NCBI RefSeq assembly: GCF_009914755.1
Contig: NC_060940.1
Origin: the human T2T-CHM13v2.0 reference genome, Homo sapiens
Reading direction: 5' to 3' (one strand)
Length of the DNA: 64,000 bases
Part shown: positions 42,817 to 56,691 of the stretch, piece by piece
Layout of the letters: the number at the start of each line of letters is the position of its first letter
Position numbering within the stretch: position 1 is the first letter of the stretch
Position numbers and translations under genes: made by a program
Notes under the pieces: model-generated
What the model saw: only the letters and a program-made list of their open reading frames with translations
What the model was told of the DNA's origin: nothing
The model's database searches: none

Positions 42817-45800
42817 CAATTCTATTTTATTGGATGATTCCATTCGATTCCATTTGATGTTGATTCAATTCGATTCTATTCGATGATGATTCCATTGGAT
42901 TTCACTTGATGATTCTATTCGATTCCATTCAATGATGATTCACTTCTCGTCCATTGGATGATTCCATTTCATTCCATTCGATGATGATTCCATTCGATTC
43001 CATTCGATGATTCCATTTGATTCCATGCGACGGTGAGCAATTCGATTCAATTCCATGATGATTCTATTTGATTCAATTAGATGATGTTTCCATTCGAATC
43101 CATTCCATGATTATTCCATTGGAATCCATTCGGCGATGATTCCATATGAGTCAATTCAATGATGATTCCATATGGGTCCGTTCGATGATAATTCCATTTG
43201 ATTTCATTCGATGCTTCTATTCTATTCCAGTCGATGATGATTCCGTTGGAGTCCATACGATGATTCCATTTGATTTCATTTGATGATGATTCCATTCGAT
43301 GATGATTACATTGGATTCCATTCTATGATTCCATTCAATTCCATTCGTTGATGATTCGATTCCATTCAATGATGATTCCATTTGAGTTCATTCGATGATT
43401 CTATTCGATTCCGTTCGATGGTGATTCAATTCTCTTATATTGGATGATTCCAGTCGATTCCATTTGATGATTATTCCATTGGAGTCCACTTAGTGAATCC
43501 TTTGGATTCTACTCGACGATGATTCCATTCGAGTCCATTCGATGATACCATTCAATTCCATTCGTTGATGCTTCCATTCAAGTGCATTCGATGATATCAT
43601 TCGATTCCATTTGATGATAATTCCATTTGATTCCATGCGATGATTCTATTCGATTCCATTCAATGATAATTCCATTCAATTCAGTGATTCCTCTGGACTC
43701 CATTTGATGATGATTCCATTCAATGATTCCATTCGATTCTATTCGAAAATGATTCCATTTGAATCCATTTGATGATGATTCCATTAGATTCCATTTGATG
43801 ATTCCATTCGATTCCATTCGACGATGATTCCATTCGATTCCGTTTGATGATTCCATTCTATTCTATTCGATGATGATTCCATTCGATTCCATTCGATGAT
43901 GATTGGATTCGATTCCATTTGATGATTTCATTTGATTCCATTCGTTAATGATTTCGATCAATTCCATTCGATGATTCCATTCGATTCCATTCGATAATGA
44001 TTACATCCGAGTCCATTCGATGATTCCCTTTGAGCCTGTTCGATAATTCCATTTGAGTCCAACCAATGATTCCATTCATTTCCATTCAATGATTCCATTC
44101 GAGTCCATTTGATCATTCCGGTAGGGTCCATTCGATGTTGATTCCATTGGAGTGCATTCGATGATTCCATTCGAGTCCATTTTAGGATTTGATTCGAGTC
44201 CTTTCGATGATTCCATTCGATTCCACTCGATGATGATTTCATTCGAGTCCATTCGACACTTCCAATCGATTCCATTTGATGATTCCATTCGAGTCCAATT
44301 GATGATTCCATTCAATTCCATTCGATGATGATTCCGTACGATTCCATTCTGTGATGATTCCATGTGATTGCATTCAATGATGATTCCTTTCGATTGCATT
44401 CGATTATGATTCATTTCGTGTTCATTCTATGGTTCCACAGGTTTCCATTCGTGTCCATTCCATTATTCCATTCTATTCCATTTGATGATGATTCCATTCG
44501 ATTCCATTCATTGGTGATTCCACTCAATTCCATTCAATGATTCCATTCCATTTCTTTCAACAATGATTCCATTAGTTTCTAATCGATGATCCACTTGATT
44601 CCATTTGACGACGATTCCATTCTTGTCCATTCGATGATTCCATTTGATTCCATATGATGATGATTCCATTCGATTCCATACCATGATGATTCCATTCGAG
44701 TCCATTCAATGGTGATTCCATTCAATTCCATTCGATGATTCCTTTCGATTCCATTCGATGATGATGGCATTCGATTCCTTTCAATCATTCCCTTTGATTC
44801 CATTCAAAGGTGATTTCATTCAAGTCCATTCGATAATTGCATTCGATTCCATTCTATGATGATTCCATTCGAGTCCATTTGATGATTCCATTCAATTCAA
44901 GTCAATGATGATTCCATTCGATTCCATTCGATGATTCCATTGGATTCCATTCGATGATGATTCCATTCAAATCCATTCGATAATTCAATTCAAGTCCATT
45001 CGATGATGATTCCAATCGAATCCATTCAAAGATTCCATTCAGTTCCATTCGATGATTCCCTTAGATTCCATTCGATGATTCCACTTGATTGCATTTACGA
45101 TGATTCCATTCGATTCCATGTGATGATTCCATTCAATTCTATTCAATGATGTCTCCATTTGATTCCATTCGACCATGATTGCCTTTGATTCCATTCAATG
45201 ATTCCATTCGGTTCCGTTTGATGATGATTCCGTTCGATTCCATTTGATGATTCCATTTGATTCCATTGGATGAGTCCATTCGATTACATTCGATGATTAT
45301 TCCATTCGAGTGCATTAGATGATTCCATTCGAGTCCATTCGATGATTCCATTCGATTCCATTCGATGTTGATTCTGTTCAAATCCATTCGATGATTCCAC
45401 TCGATTCCATTCGTTGACTCCATTTGATCCCATTCGATGATTTCCTTTGATTCCCTTTGATGATCATTCCATTTGATTCAATTCGGTGATTTCATTTGAT
45501 TCCATTCAGTGATGTTTCCATTCGACTCCATTCGATGATGATTCCATTCGACTCCATTCGATTATGATTTCATTCAATTCCATTCGATAATGATTCCCTT
45601 CGAGTCCATTCGATGATTCCATTCGATTCCATTCAACGATGATTTGATTCGTGTCCATTCGATGATTCCATTTGATTCCACTTGATGATGATTCCATTCG
45701 AGTCCATTTGATGATTCCATTCAATTCCATACTCCGATGATTTCTTTTGAGCCCACTCAATGCTTCCACTCGATTCCATATGATGATGACTCCATTCGAT

Positions 45801-48800
45801 GAAATTCGATGATGATTCCATTCGCTTGCTTTCGATGATGATTCCACTTGAGTCCGTTAGAAGATTCTATTCAATTACATTCCATGACGATTCCGTTCGA
45901 GTCCATTTGATGATTCCATTAGACTCCATTCGACGATGATTCCATTCGATGTTATTCGATGATTCCATTCGATCTCATTCGATGATGATTCCATTCAACT
46001 CCATTCGATGTTTCCATTCGAGTTCATTCTATTATTCCATTAGATTCCATTCGATGATGATTCCATTCGATTCCATTTGATGATTGCATTCTATTTCATT
46101 TGATGATGATTCCATTCGAGTCCACTCGATGATTCCATTCGAGTCCATTTAATGAATCCATTGGTTTCAATTCTATGATGATTACATTGGATTCCATTCG
46201 TTGATGATTTCATTCGGTTCCATTCAATGATGATTCCATTCAATTCCTTTCAATGTTTCCATTCAATTCCATACGATGATGATTCCATTTGATTTGATTC
46301 GACAGTGAGCCATTCGATTCAATTCCATGATGATTCTATTTGATTCAATTGGTTGACATTTCCATTCGATTCCATTCGATGATGATTCCCTTTGATTCCG
46401 TTCAAAGATGATTCCATTCTAGCCCATTCAATCATTCCATTCGATTCTATTCAATGATGATTCCATTCATGTCGATTTGGTGATTCCATTTGACTTGATT
46501 TGATGATGATTCCTTTCAAGTTCATTAGATGATTCCATTCGATTCCATTTGATGATGATCCCATTCGAGTCCATTCAGTGATTCCATTCGTTTCCCTTCC
46601 ATGATGATTCCATTCCTTTCCATTCAATGATTCCATTCGATTCCGTTTGATGATGATTTCATTCGAGTCCATTTGATGATTCCATTTGATTCCATTCGAT
46701 GATGATTCCATTCGAGTCCATTCGATGATTCTATTCGAATCCATTTGATGATTTCTTTTGATTATATTTGGTGATGATTCCATTGGAGTCCATTCAATGA
46801 TTCCATTCGATTCCAATCGATGATGATTCCATTAGAGTCCGTTTAATGTTTCCATTTGATTCCAGTCTCTGATGATTACATTCGAGTCCATACGATGATT
46901 CCACTCAATTCCATATGATGATGATTCCATTTGATTCCATTCGGTGATTCCATTCTATTCTATTCAATGGTGATTCCATTCGAGTCCATTCGATGATTCC
47001 ATTCGATTCCATTCGATGTTGATTCTGTTCAAATCCATTCGATGATTCCACTCGATTCCATTCGTTGACTCCATTTGATCCCATTCGATGATTTCCTTTG
47101 ATTCCCTTTGATGATCATTCCATTTGATTCAATTCGGTGATTTCATTTGATTCCATTCAGTGATGTTTCCATTCGACTCCATTCGATGATGATTCCATTC
47201 GACTCCATTCGATTATGATTTCATTCAATTCCATTCGATAATGATTCCCTTCGAGTCCATTCGATGATTCCATTCGATTCCATTCAACGATGATTTGATT
47301 CGTGTCCATTCGATGATTCCATTTGATTCCACTTGATGATGATTCCATTCGAGTCCATTTGATGATTCCATTCAATTCCATACTCCGATGATTTCTTTTG
47401 AGCCCACTCAATGCTTCCACTCGATTCCATATGATGATGACTCCATTCGATGAAATTCGATGATGATTCCATTCGCTTGCTTTCGATGATGATTCCACTT
47501 GAGTCCGTTAGAAGATTCTATTCAATTACATTCCATGACGATTCCGTTCGAGTCCATTTGATGATTCCATTAGACTCCATTCGACGATGATTCCATTCGA
47601 TGTTATTCGATGATTCCATTCGATCTCATTCGATGATGATTCCATTCAACTCCATTCGATGTTTCCATTCGAGTTCATTCTATTATTCCATTAGATTCCA
47701 TTCGATGATGATTCCATTCGATTCCATTTGATGATTGCATTCTATTTCATTTGATGATGATTCCATTCGAGTCCACTCGATGATTCCATTCGAGTCCATT
47801 TAATGAATCCATTGGTTTCAATTCTATGATGATTACATTGGATTCCATTCGTTGATGATTTCATTCGGTTCCATTCAATGATGATTCCATTCAATTCCTT
47901 TCAATGTTTCCATTCAATTCCATACGATGATGATTCCATTTGATTTGATTCGACAGTGAGCCATTCGATTCAATTCCATGATGATTCTATTTGATTCAAT
48001 TGGTTGACATTTCCATTCGATTCCATTCGATGATGATTCCCTTTGATTCCGTTCAAAGATGATTCCATTCTAGCCCATTCAATCATTCCATTCGATTCTA
48101 TTCAATGATGATTCCATTCATGTCGATTTGGTGATTCCATTTGACTTCATTTGATGATGATTCCTTTCAAGTTCATTAGATGATTCCATTCGATTCCATT
48201 TGATGATGATCCCATTCGAGTCCATTCAGTGATTCCATTCGTTTCCATTCCATGATGATTCCATTCCTTTCCATTCAATGATTCCATTCGATTCCGTTTG
48301 ATGATGATTTCATTCGAGTCCATTTGATGATTCCATTTGATTCCATTCGATGATGATTCCATTCGAGTCCATTCGATGATTCTATTCGAATCCATTTGAT
48401 GATTTCTTTTGATTATATTTGGTGATGATTCCATTGGAGTCCATTCAATGATTCCATTCTATTCCAATCGATGATGATTCCATTAGAGTCCATTTAATGA
48501 TTCCATTTGATTCCAGTCTCTGATGATTACATTCGAGTCCATACGATGATTCCACTCAATTCCATATGATGATGATTCCATTTGATTCCATTCGGTGATT
48601 CCATTCTATTCTATTCAATGGTGATTCCATTCGAGTACATTAGATGATTCCATTCGATTCCATTCAATGATGATTCTATTTGTGTCCCTTAGATGATTCC
48701 ACATGATTCCATTAGATGATGATACTATTTGAGCCCATCCAATGATTCCCTTCGATTCCATTCGATGAGGATTCCATTCGATTCAATTCATTGGTGATTC

Positions 48801-50579
48801 TATTCAATTCAATTCTTTGATTCCATTCCATTCCATTCGACAATGATTCCATTCGATTTCTTTCGATGATTCCACTCGATTCCACTTGACATTGATTCCA
48901 TTCGATTCCATTCAATGATTCCATTTGATTCCAGTGGATGATGATTGCCATCGATTCCATTCGATCACTCCATTCTATTCCATTTGATGATGATTACATT
49001 CGATTCCATTTGATGATTCCATCTGATTCTATTCGAGGATTCCATTTGATTCCATTCGATGATGATTCCATTCGAGTCCATTCGATGATTTCATTCGAGT
49101 ACATCCAATGATTCCATTCGAGTCCATTAGATGATTCCATTTGATTCCATTTGAAAATGATTCTACTAGAGTCCATTCAATGACTCCATTCGAGTCCATT
49201 CAACAATTCCATTCGACTCCATTCGATGATTCCATTCGATTCCATTTGATGGTTCCATTCGAGTCCATTTAATCATTACAGTAGAGTCCATTTGGTGATT
49301 CCACTGGATTTCCTTTGATAATGATACCATTCCATTACATTTGATGATGATCCCATTCAATTTCATTTGATGATGATTCCATTAGAGTCCATTCGATGAT
49401 TTCATTCGAGTCCCTTCATTGATTCCATCCGATTTCATTGGATGATGACTCCATTCGAGTCCATTCGATGATTCCACTCGATTCCATTAGATGATTCCAT
49501 TGGAGTCCATTTGATTGTTCCATTCGATTCCATTCGATTCCTTTCGAAGATTTTTCCATTTGAGTCCATTCGATGATGATTCCATTCCATTCCATTCGAT
49601 GATTCCGTTTGATTCCATTCGATGATTCCCTTCGATTCCTTTCTTTGATGATTCCATTCCATTCCATTCAATGATTCCATTCGAATCTATTCCATGATGA
49701 TTCCTTTCGATTCCATTCGCTGATGTTTCCGTTCAATTCCATTCGATGATGATTCCATTCGATTCCATTCATTGAGGATTCCATTTGATTCCATTCAATG
49801 ATGATTCCATTCTATTCCATTCAATGATTGCATTCAATTCCATTCAATGATTATCCCATTAGAGTAAACTCAACGATTCCATTCAATACCATTCGATGAT
49901 GATTCCTTTTGAGTCCATTCAATGATTTCATTCAAGTCCATTTTATGATTCCTTTCAATTCCATTCTATGATGATTCCATTCGAGTCCATTCGATGATTC
50001 CATTCGATTGCATTCGATGATTCCATTATATTCCATTCAACGATGATTCCATTCGAGTCCATTCGATGATTCCATTAGAGTACATTTAATGATTGCTTTG
50101 TTTTCAATTCGAAGATGATTACATTGGATTCCATTCTATGATACCATTCGATTCCATTCAATGATGATTCCACTCAAATCCATTGGATGATTCCATTCGT
50201 GTCCATTCGGTGATTTCATTAGATTCCATTCGAGGATGATTCCATTCGATTCCATTCGATGATTCCATTCAATTCCATTCGATGATGATTCCATTCCAGT
50301 CCATATGATCATTCCATTTGATTTCATTCGATGATGATTCCATTCGATTCCATTCGATGATTCCATTCTATTCCATTCGATGATGATTCCATTCGAGTCC
50401 ATTCGATGATTCCATTCGAGTCCATTTAATGATTCCATTGGGTTCAATTCAATGATGATTACATTGGATTCCATTCTATGATTCCATTCAATTCCGTTCA
50501 TTGACAATTTGATTCCATTCGATGATGATTCCATTTGAGTTCATTCGATGATTCTATTCGATTCTCTTCGATGGTGATT
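42817..50579 (+). repeat. Higher-order unit U8, long variant (7763 bp = 6112 + 1651)
   Basis: Anchor at 42817 and 50580; ORF offset 43578->51341 = 7763. The 113-aa pseudo-ORF occurs twice (45506 and 47157, offset 1651). Confidence 0.95.
45320..48621 (+). repeat. 1651-bp internal tandem duplication in U8 (copy 1 45320-46970, copy 2 46971-48621)
   Basis: At 46961-47030, sequence from unit offset ~4150 (TATTCAATGG) runs through TGATTCCATTCGAGT into sequence from unit offset ~2520 (CCATTCGATGATTCC...GATGTTGATTCTGTTCAAATCC). TGATTCCATTCGAGT is present at 45320, 46971 and 48622. Confidence 0.93.
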
Positions 50580-53500
50580 CAATTCTATTTTATTGGATGA
50601 TTCCATTCGATTCCATTTGATGTTGATTCAATTCGATTCTATTCGATGATGATTCCATTGGATTTCACTTGATGATTCTATTCGATTCCATTCAATGATG
50701 ATTCACTTCTCGTCCATTGGATGATTCCATTTCATTCCATTCGATGATGATTCCATTCGATTCCATTCGATGATTCCATTTGATTCCATGCGACGGTGAG
50801 CAATTCGATTCAATTCCATGAAGATTCTATTTGATTCAATTAGATGATATTTCCATTCGAATCCATTCCATGATTATTCCATTGGAATCCATTCGGCGAT
50901 GATTCCATATGAGTCAATTCAATGATGATTCCATATGGGTCCGTTCGATGATAATTCCATTTGATTTCATTCGATGCTTCTATTCTATTCCAGTCGATGA
51001 TGATTCCGTTGGAGTCCATACGATGATTCCATTTGATTTCATTTGATGATGATTCCATTCGATGATGATTACATTGGATTCCATTCTATGATTCCATTCA
51101 ATTCCATTCGTTGATGATTCGATTCCATTCAATGATGATTCCATTTGAGTTCATTCGATGATTCTATTCGATTCCGTTCGATGGTGATTCAATTCTCTTA
51201 TATTGGATGATTCCAGTCGATTCCATTTGATGATTATTCCATTGGAGTCCACTTAGTGAATCCTTTGGATTCTACTCGACGATGATTCCATTCGAGTCCA
51301 TTCGATGATACCATTCAATTCCATTCGTTGATGCTTCCATTCAAGTGCATTCGATGATATCATTCGATTCCATTTGATGATAATTCCATTTGATTCCATG
51401 CGATGATTCTATTCGATTCCATTCAATGATAATTCCATTCAATTCAGTGATTCCTCTGGACTCCATTTGATGATGATTCCATTCAATGATTCCATTCGAT
51501 TCTATTCGAAAATGATTCCATTTGAATCCATTTGATGATGATTCCATTAGATTCCATTTGATGATTCCATTCGATTCCATTCGACGATGATTCCATTCGA
51601 TTCCGTTTGATGATTCCATTCTATTCTATTCGATGATGATTCCATTCGATTCCATTCGATGATGATTGGATTCGATTCCATTTGATGATTTCATTTGATT
51701 CCATTCGTTAATGATTTCGATCAATTCCATTCGATGATTCCATTCGATTCCATTCGATAATGATTACATCCGAGTCCATTCGATGATTCCATTGGAGCCT
51801 GTTCGATAATTCCATTTGAGTCCAACCAATGATTCCATTCATTTCCATTCAATGATTCCATTCGAGTCCATTTGATCATTCCGGTAGGGTCCATTCGATG
51901 TTGATTCCATTGGAGTGCATTCGATGATTCCATTCGAGTCCATTTTAGGATTTGATTCGAGTCCTTTCGATGATTCCATTCGATTCCACTCGATGATGAT
52001 TTCATTCGAGTCCATTCGACACTTCCAATCGATTCCATTTGATGATTCCATTCGAGTCCAATTGATGATTCCATTCAATTCCATTCGATGATGATTCCGT
52101 ACGATTCCATTCTGTGATGATTCCATGTGATTGCATTCAATGATGATTCCTTTCGATTGCATTCGATTATGATTCATTTCGTGTTCATTCTATGGTTCCA
52201 CAGGTTTCCATTCGTGTCCATTCCATTATTCCATTCTATTCCATTTGATGATGATTCCATTCGATTCCATTCATTGGTGATTCCACTCAATTCCATTCAA
52301 TGATTCCATTCCATTTCTTTCAACAATGATTCCATTAGTTTCTAATCGATGATCCACTTGATTCCATTTGACGACGATTCCATTCTTGTCCATTCGATGA
52401 TTCCATTTGATTCCATATGATGATGATTCCATTCGATTCCATACCATGATGATTCCATTCGAGTCCATTCAATGGTGATTCCATTCAATTCCATTCGATG
52501 ATTCCTTTCGATTCCATTCGATGATGATGGCATTCGATTCCTTTCAATCATTCCCTTTGATTCCATTCAAAGGTGATTTCATTCAAGTCCATTCGATAAT
52601 TGCATTCGATTCCATTCTATGATGATTCCATTCGAGTCCATTTGATGATTCCATTCAATTCAAGTCAATGATGATTCCATTCGATTCCATACGATGATTC
52701 CATTGGATTCCATTCGATGATGATTCCATTCAAATCCATTCGATAATTCAATTCAAGTCCATTCGATGATGATTCCAATCGAATCCATTCAAAGATTCCA
52801 TTCAGTTCCATTCGATGATTCCCTTAGATTCCATTCGATGATTCCACTTGATTGCATTTACGATGATTCCATTCGATTCCATGTGATGATTCCATTCAAT
52901 TCTATTCAATGATGTCTCCATTTGATTCCATTCGACCATGATTGCCTTTGATTCCATTCAATGATTCCATTCGGTTCCGTTTGATGATGATTCCGTTCGA
53001 TTCCATTTGATGATTCCATTTGATTCCATTGGATGAGTCCATTCGATTACATTCGATGATTATTCCATTCGAGTGCATTAGATGATTCCATTCGAGTCCA
53101 TTCGATGATTCCATTCGATTCCATTCGATGTTGATTCTGTTCAAATCCATTCGATGATTCCACTCGATTCCATTCGTTGACTCCATTTGATCCCATTCGA
53201 TGATTTCCTTTGATTCCCTTTGATGATCATTCCATTTGATTCAATTCGGTGATTTCATTTGATTCCATTCAGTGATGTTTCCATTCGACTCCATTCGATG
53301 ATGATTCCATTCGACTCCATTCGATTATGATTTCATTCAATTCCATTCGATAATGATTCCCTTCGAGTCCATTCGATGATTCCATTCGATTCCATTCAAC
53401 GATGATTTGATTCGTGTCCATTCGATGATTCCATTTGATTCCACTTGATGATGATTCCATTCGAGTCCATTTGATGATTCCATTCAATTCCATACTCCGA

Positions 53501-56500
53501 TGATTTCTTTTGAGCCCACTCAATGCTTCCACTCGATTCCATATGATGATGACTCCATTCGATGAAATTCGATGATGATTCCATTCGCTTGCTTTCGATG
53601 ATGATTCCACTTGAGTCCGTTAGAAGATTCTATTCAATTACATTCCAGGACGATTCCGTTCGAGTCCATTTGATGATTCCATTAGACTCCATTCGACGAT
53701 GATTCCATTCGATGTTATTCGATGATTCCATTCGATCTCATTCGATGATGATTCCATTCAACTCCATTCGATGTTTCCATTCGAGTTCATTCTATTATTC
53801 CATTAGATTCCATTCGATGATGATTCCATTCGATTCCATTTGATGATTGCATTCTATTTCATTTGATGATGATTCCATTCGAGTCCACTCGATGATTCCA
53901 TTCGAGTCCATTTAATGAATCCATTGGTTTCAATTCTATGATGATTACATTGGATTCCATTCGTTGATGATTTCATTCGGTTCCATTCAATGATGATTCC
54001 ATTCAATTCCTTTCAATGTTTCCATTCAATTCCATACGATGATGATTCCATTTGATTTGATTCGACAGTGAGCCATTCGATTCAATTCCATGATGATTCT
54101 ATTTGATTCAATTGGTTGACATTTCCATTCGATTCCATTCGATGATGATTCCCTTTGATTCCGTTCAAAGATGATTCCATTCTAGCCCATTCAATGATTC
54201 CATTCGATTCTATTCAATGATGATTCCATTCATGTCGATTTGGTGATTCCATTTGACTTCATTTGATGATGATTCCTTTCAAGTTCATTAGATGATTCCA
54301 TTCGATTCCATTTGATGATGATCCCATTCGAGTCCATTCAGTGATTCCATTCGTTTCCATTCCATGATGATTCCATTCCTTTCCATTCAATGATTCCATT
54401 CGATTCCGTTTGATGATGATTTCATTCGAGTCCATTTGATGATTCCATTTGATTCCATTCGATGATGATTCCATTCGAGTCCATTCGATGATTCTATTCG
54501 AATCCATTTGATGATTTCTTTTGATTATATTTGGTGATGATTCCATTGGAGTCCATTCAATGATTCCATTCGATTCCAATCGATGATGATTCCATTAGAG
54601 TCCGTTTAATGTTTCCATTTGATTCCAGTCTCTGATGATTACATTCGAGTCCATACGATGATTCCACTCAATTCCATATGATGATGATTCCATTTGATTC
54701 CATTCGGTGATTCCATTCTATTCTATTCAATGGTGATTCCATTCGAGTACATTAGATGATTCCATTCGATTCCATTCAATGATGATTCTATTTGTGTCCC
54801 TTAGATGATTCCACATGATTCCATTAGATGATGATACTATTTGAGCCCATCCAATGATTCCCTTCGATTCCATTCGATGAGGATTCCATTCGATTCAATT
54901 CATTGGTGATTCTATTCAATTCAAATCTTTGATTTCATTCCATTCCATTCGACAATGATTCCATTCGATTTCTTTCGATGATTCCACTCGATTCCACTTG
55001 ACATTGATTCCATTCGATTCCATTCAATGATTCCATTTGATTCCAGTGGATGATGATTGCCATCGATTCCATTCGATCACTCCATTCTATTCCATTTGAT
55101 GATGATTACATTCGATTCCATTTGATGATTCCATCTGATTCTATTCGAGGATTCCATTTGATTCCATTCGATGATGATTCCATTCGAGTCCATTCGATGA
55201 TTTCATTCGAGTACATCCAATGATTCCATTCGAGTCCATTAGATGATTCCATTTGATTCCATTTGAAAATGATTCTACTAGAGTCCATTCAATGACTCCA
55301 TTCGAGTCCATTCAACAATTCCATTCGACTCCATTCGATGATTCCATTCGATTCCATTTGATGGTTCCATTCGAGTCCATTTAATCATTACAGTAGAGTC
55401 CATTTGGTGATTCCACTGGATTTCCTTTGATAATGATACCATTCAATTACATTTGATGATGATCCCATTCAATTTCATTTGATGATGATTCCATTAGAGT
55501 CCATTCCATGATTTCATTCGAGTCCCTTCATTGATTCCATCCGATTTCATTGGATGATGACTCCATTCGAGTCCATTCGATGATTCCACTCGATTCCATT
55601 AGATGATTCCATTGGAGTCCATTTGATTGTTCCATTCGATTCCATTCGATTCCTTTCGAAGATTTTTCCATTTGAGTCCATTCGATGATGATTCCATTCC
55701 ATTCCATTCGATGATTCCGTTTGATTCCATTCGATGATTCCCTTCGATTCCTTTCTTTGATGATTCCATTCCATTCCATTCAATGATTCCATTCGAATCT
55801 ATTCCATGATGATTCCTTTCGATTCCATTCGCTGATGTTTCCGTTCAATTCCATTCGATGATGATTCCATTCGATTCCATTCATTGAGGATTCCATTTGA
55901 TTCCATTCAATGATGATTCCATTCTATTCCATTCAATGATTGCATTCAATTCCATTCAATGATTATCCCATTAGAGTAAACTCAACGATTCCATTCAATA
56001 CCATTCGATGATGATTCCTTTTGAGTCCATTCAATGATTTCATTCAAGTCCATTTGATGATTCCTTTCAATTCCATTCTATGATGATTCCATTCGAGTCC
56101 ATTCGATGATTCCATTCGATTGCATTCGATGATTCCATTATATTCCATTCAACGATGATTCCATTCGAGTCCATTCGATGATTCCATTAGAGTACATTTA
56201 ATGATTGCTTTGTTTTCAATTCGAAGATGATTACATTGGATTCCATTCTATGATACCATTCGATTCCATTCAATGATGATTCCACTCAAATCCATTGGAT
56301 GATTCCATTCGTGTCCATTCGGTGATTTCATTAGATTCCATTCGAGGATGATTCCATTCGATTCCATTCGATGATTCCATTCAATTCCATTCGATGATGA
56401 TTCCATTCCAGTCCATATGATCATTCCATTTGATTTCATTCGATGATGATTCCATTCGATTCCATTCGATGATTCCATTCTATTCCATTCGATGATGATT

Positions 56501-56691
56501 CCATTCGAGTCCATTCGATGATTCCATTCGAGTCCATTTAATGATTCCATTGGGTTCAATTCAATGATGATTACATTGGATTCCATTCTATGATTCCATT
56601 CAATTCCGTTCATTGACAATTTGATTCCATTCGATGATGATTCCATTTGAGTTCATTCGATGATTCTATTCGATTCTCTTCGATGGTGATT
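50580..56691 (+). repeat. Higher-order unit U9 (6112 bp)
   Basis: Anchor at 50580 and 56692; ORF offset 51341->57453. Confidence 0.95.
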
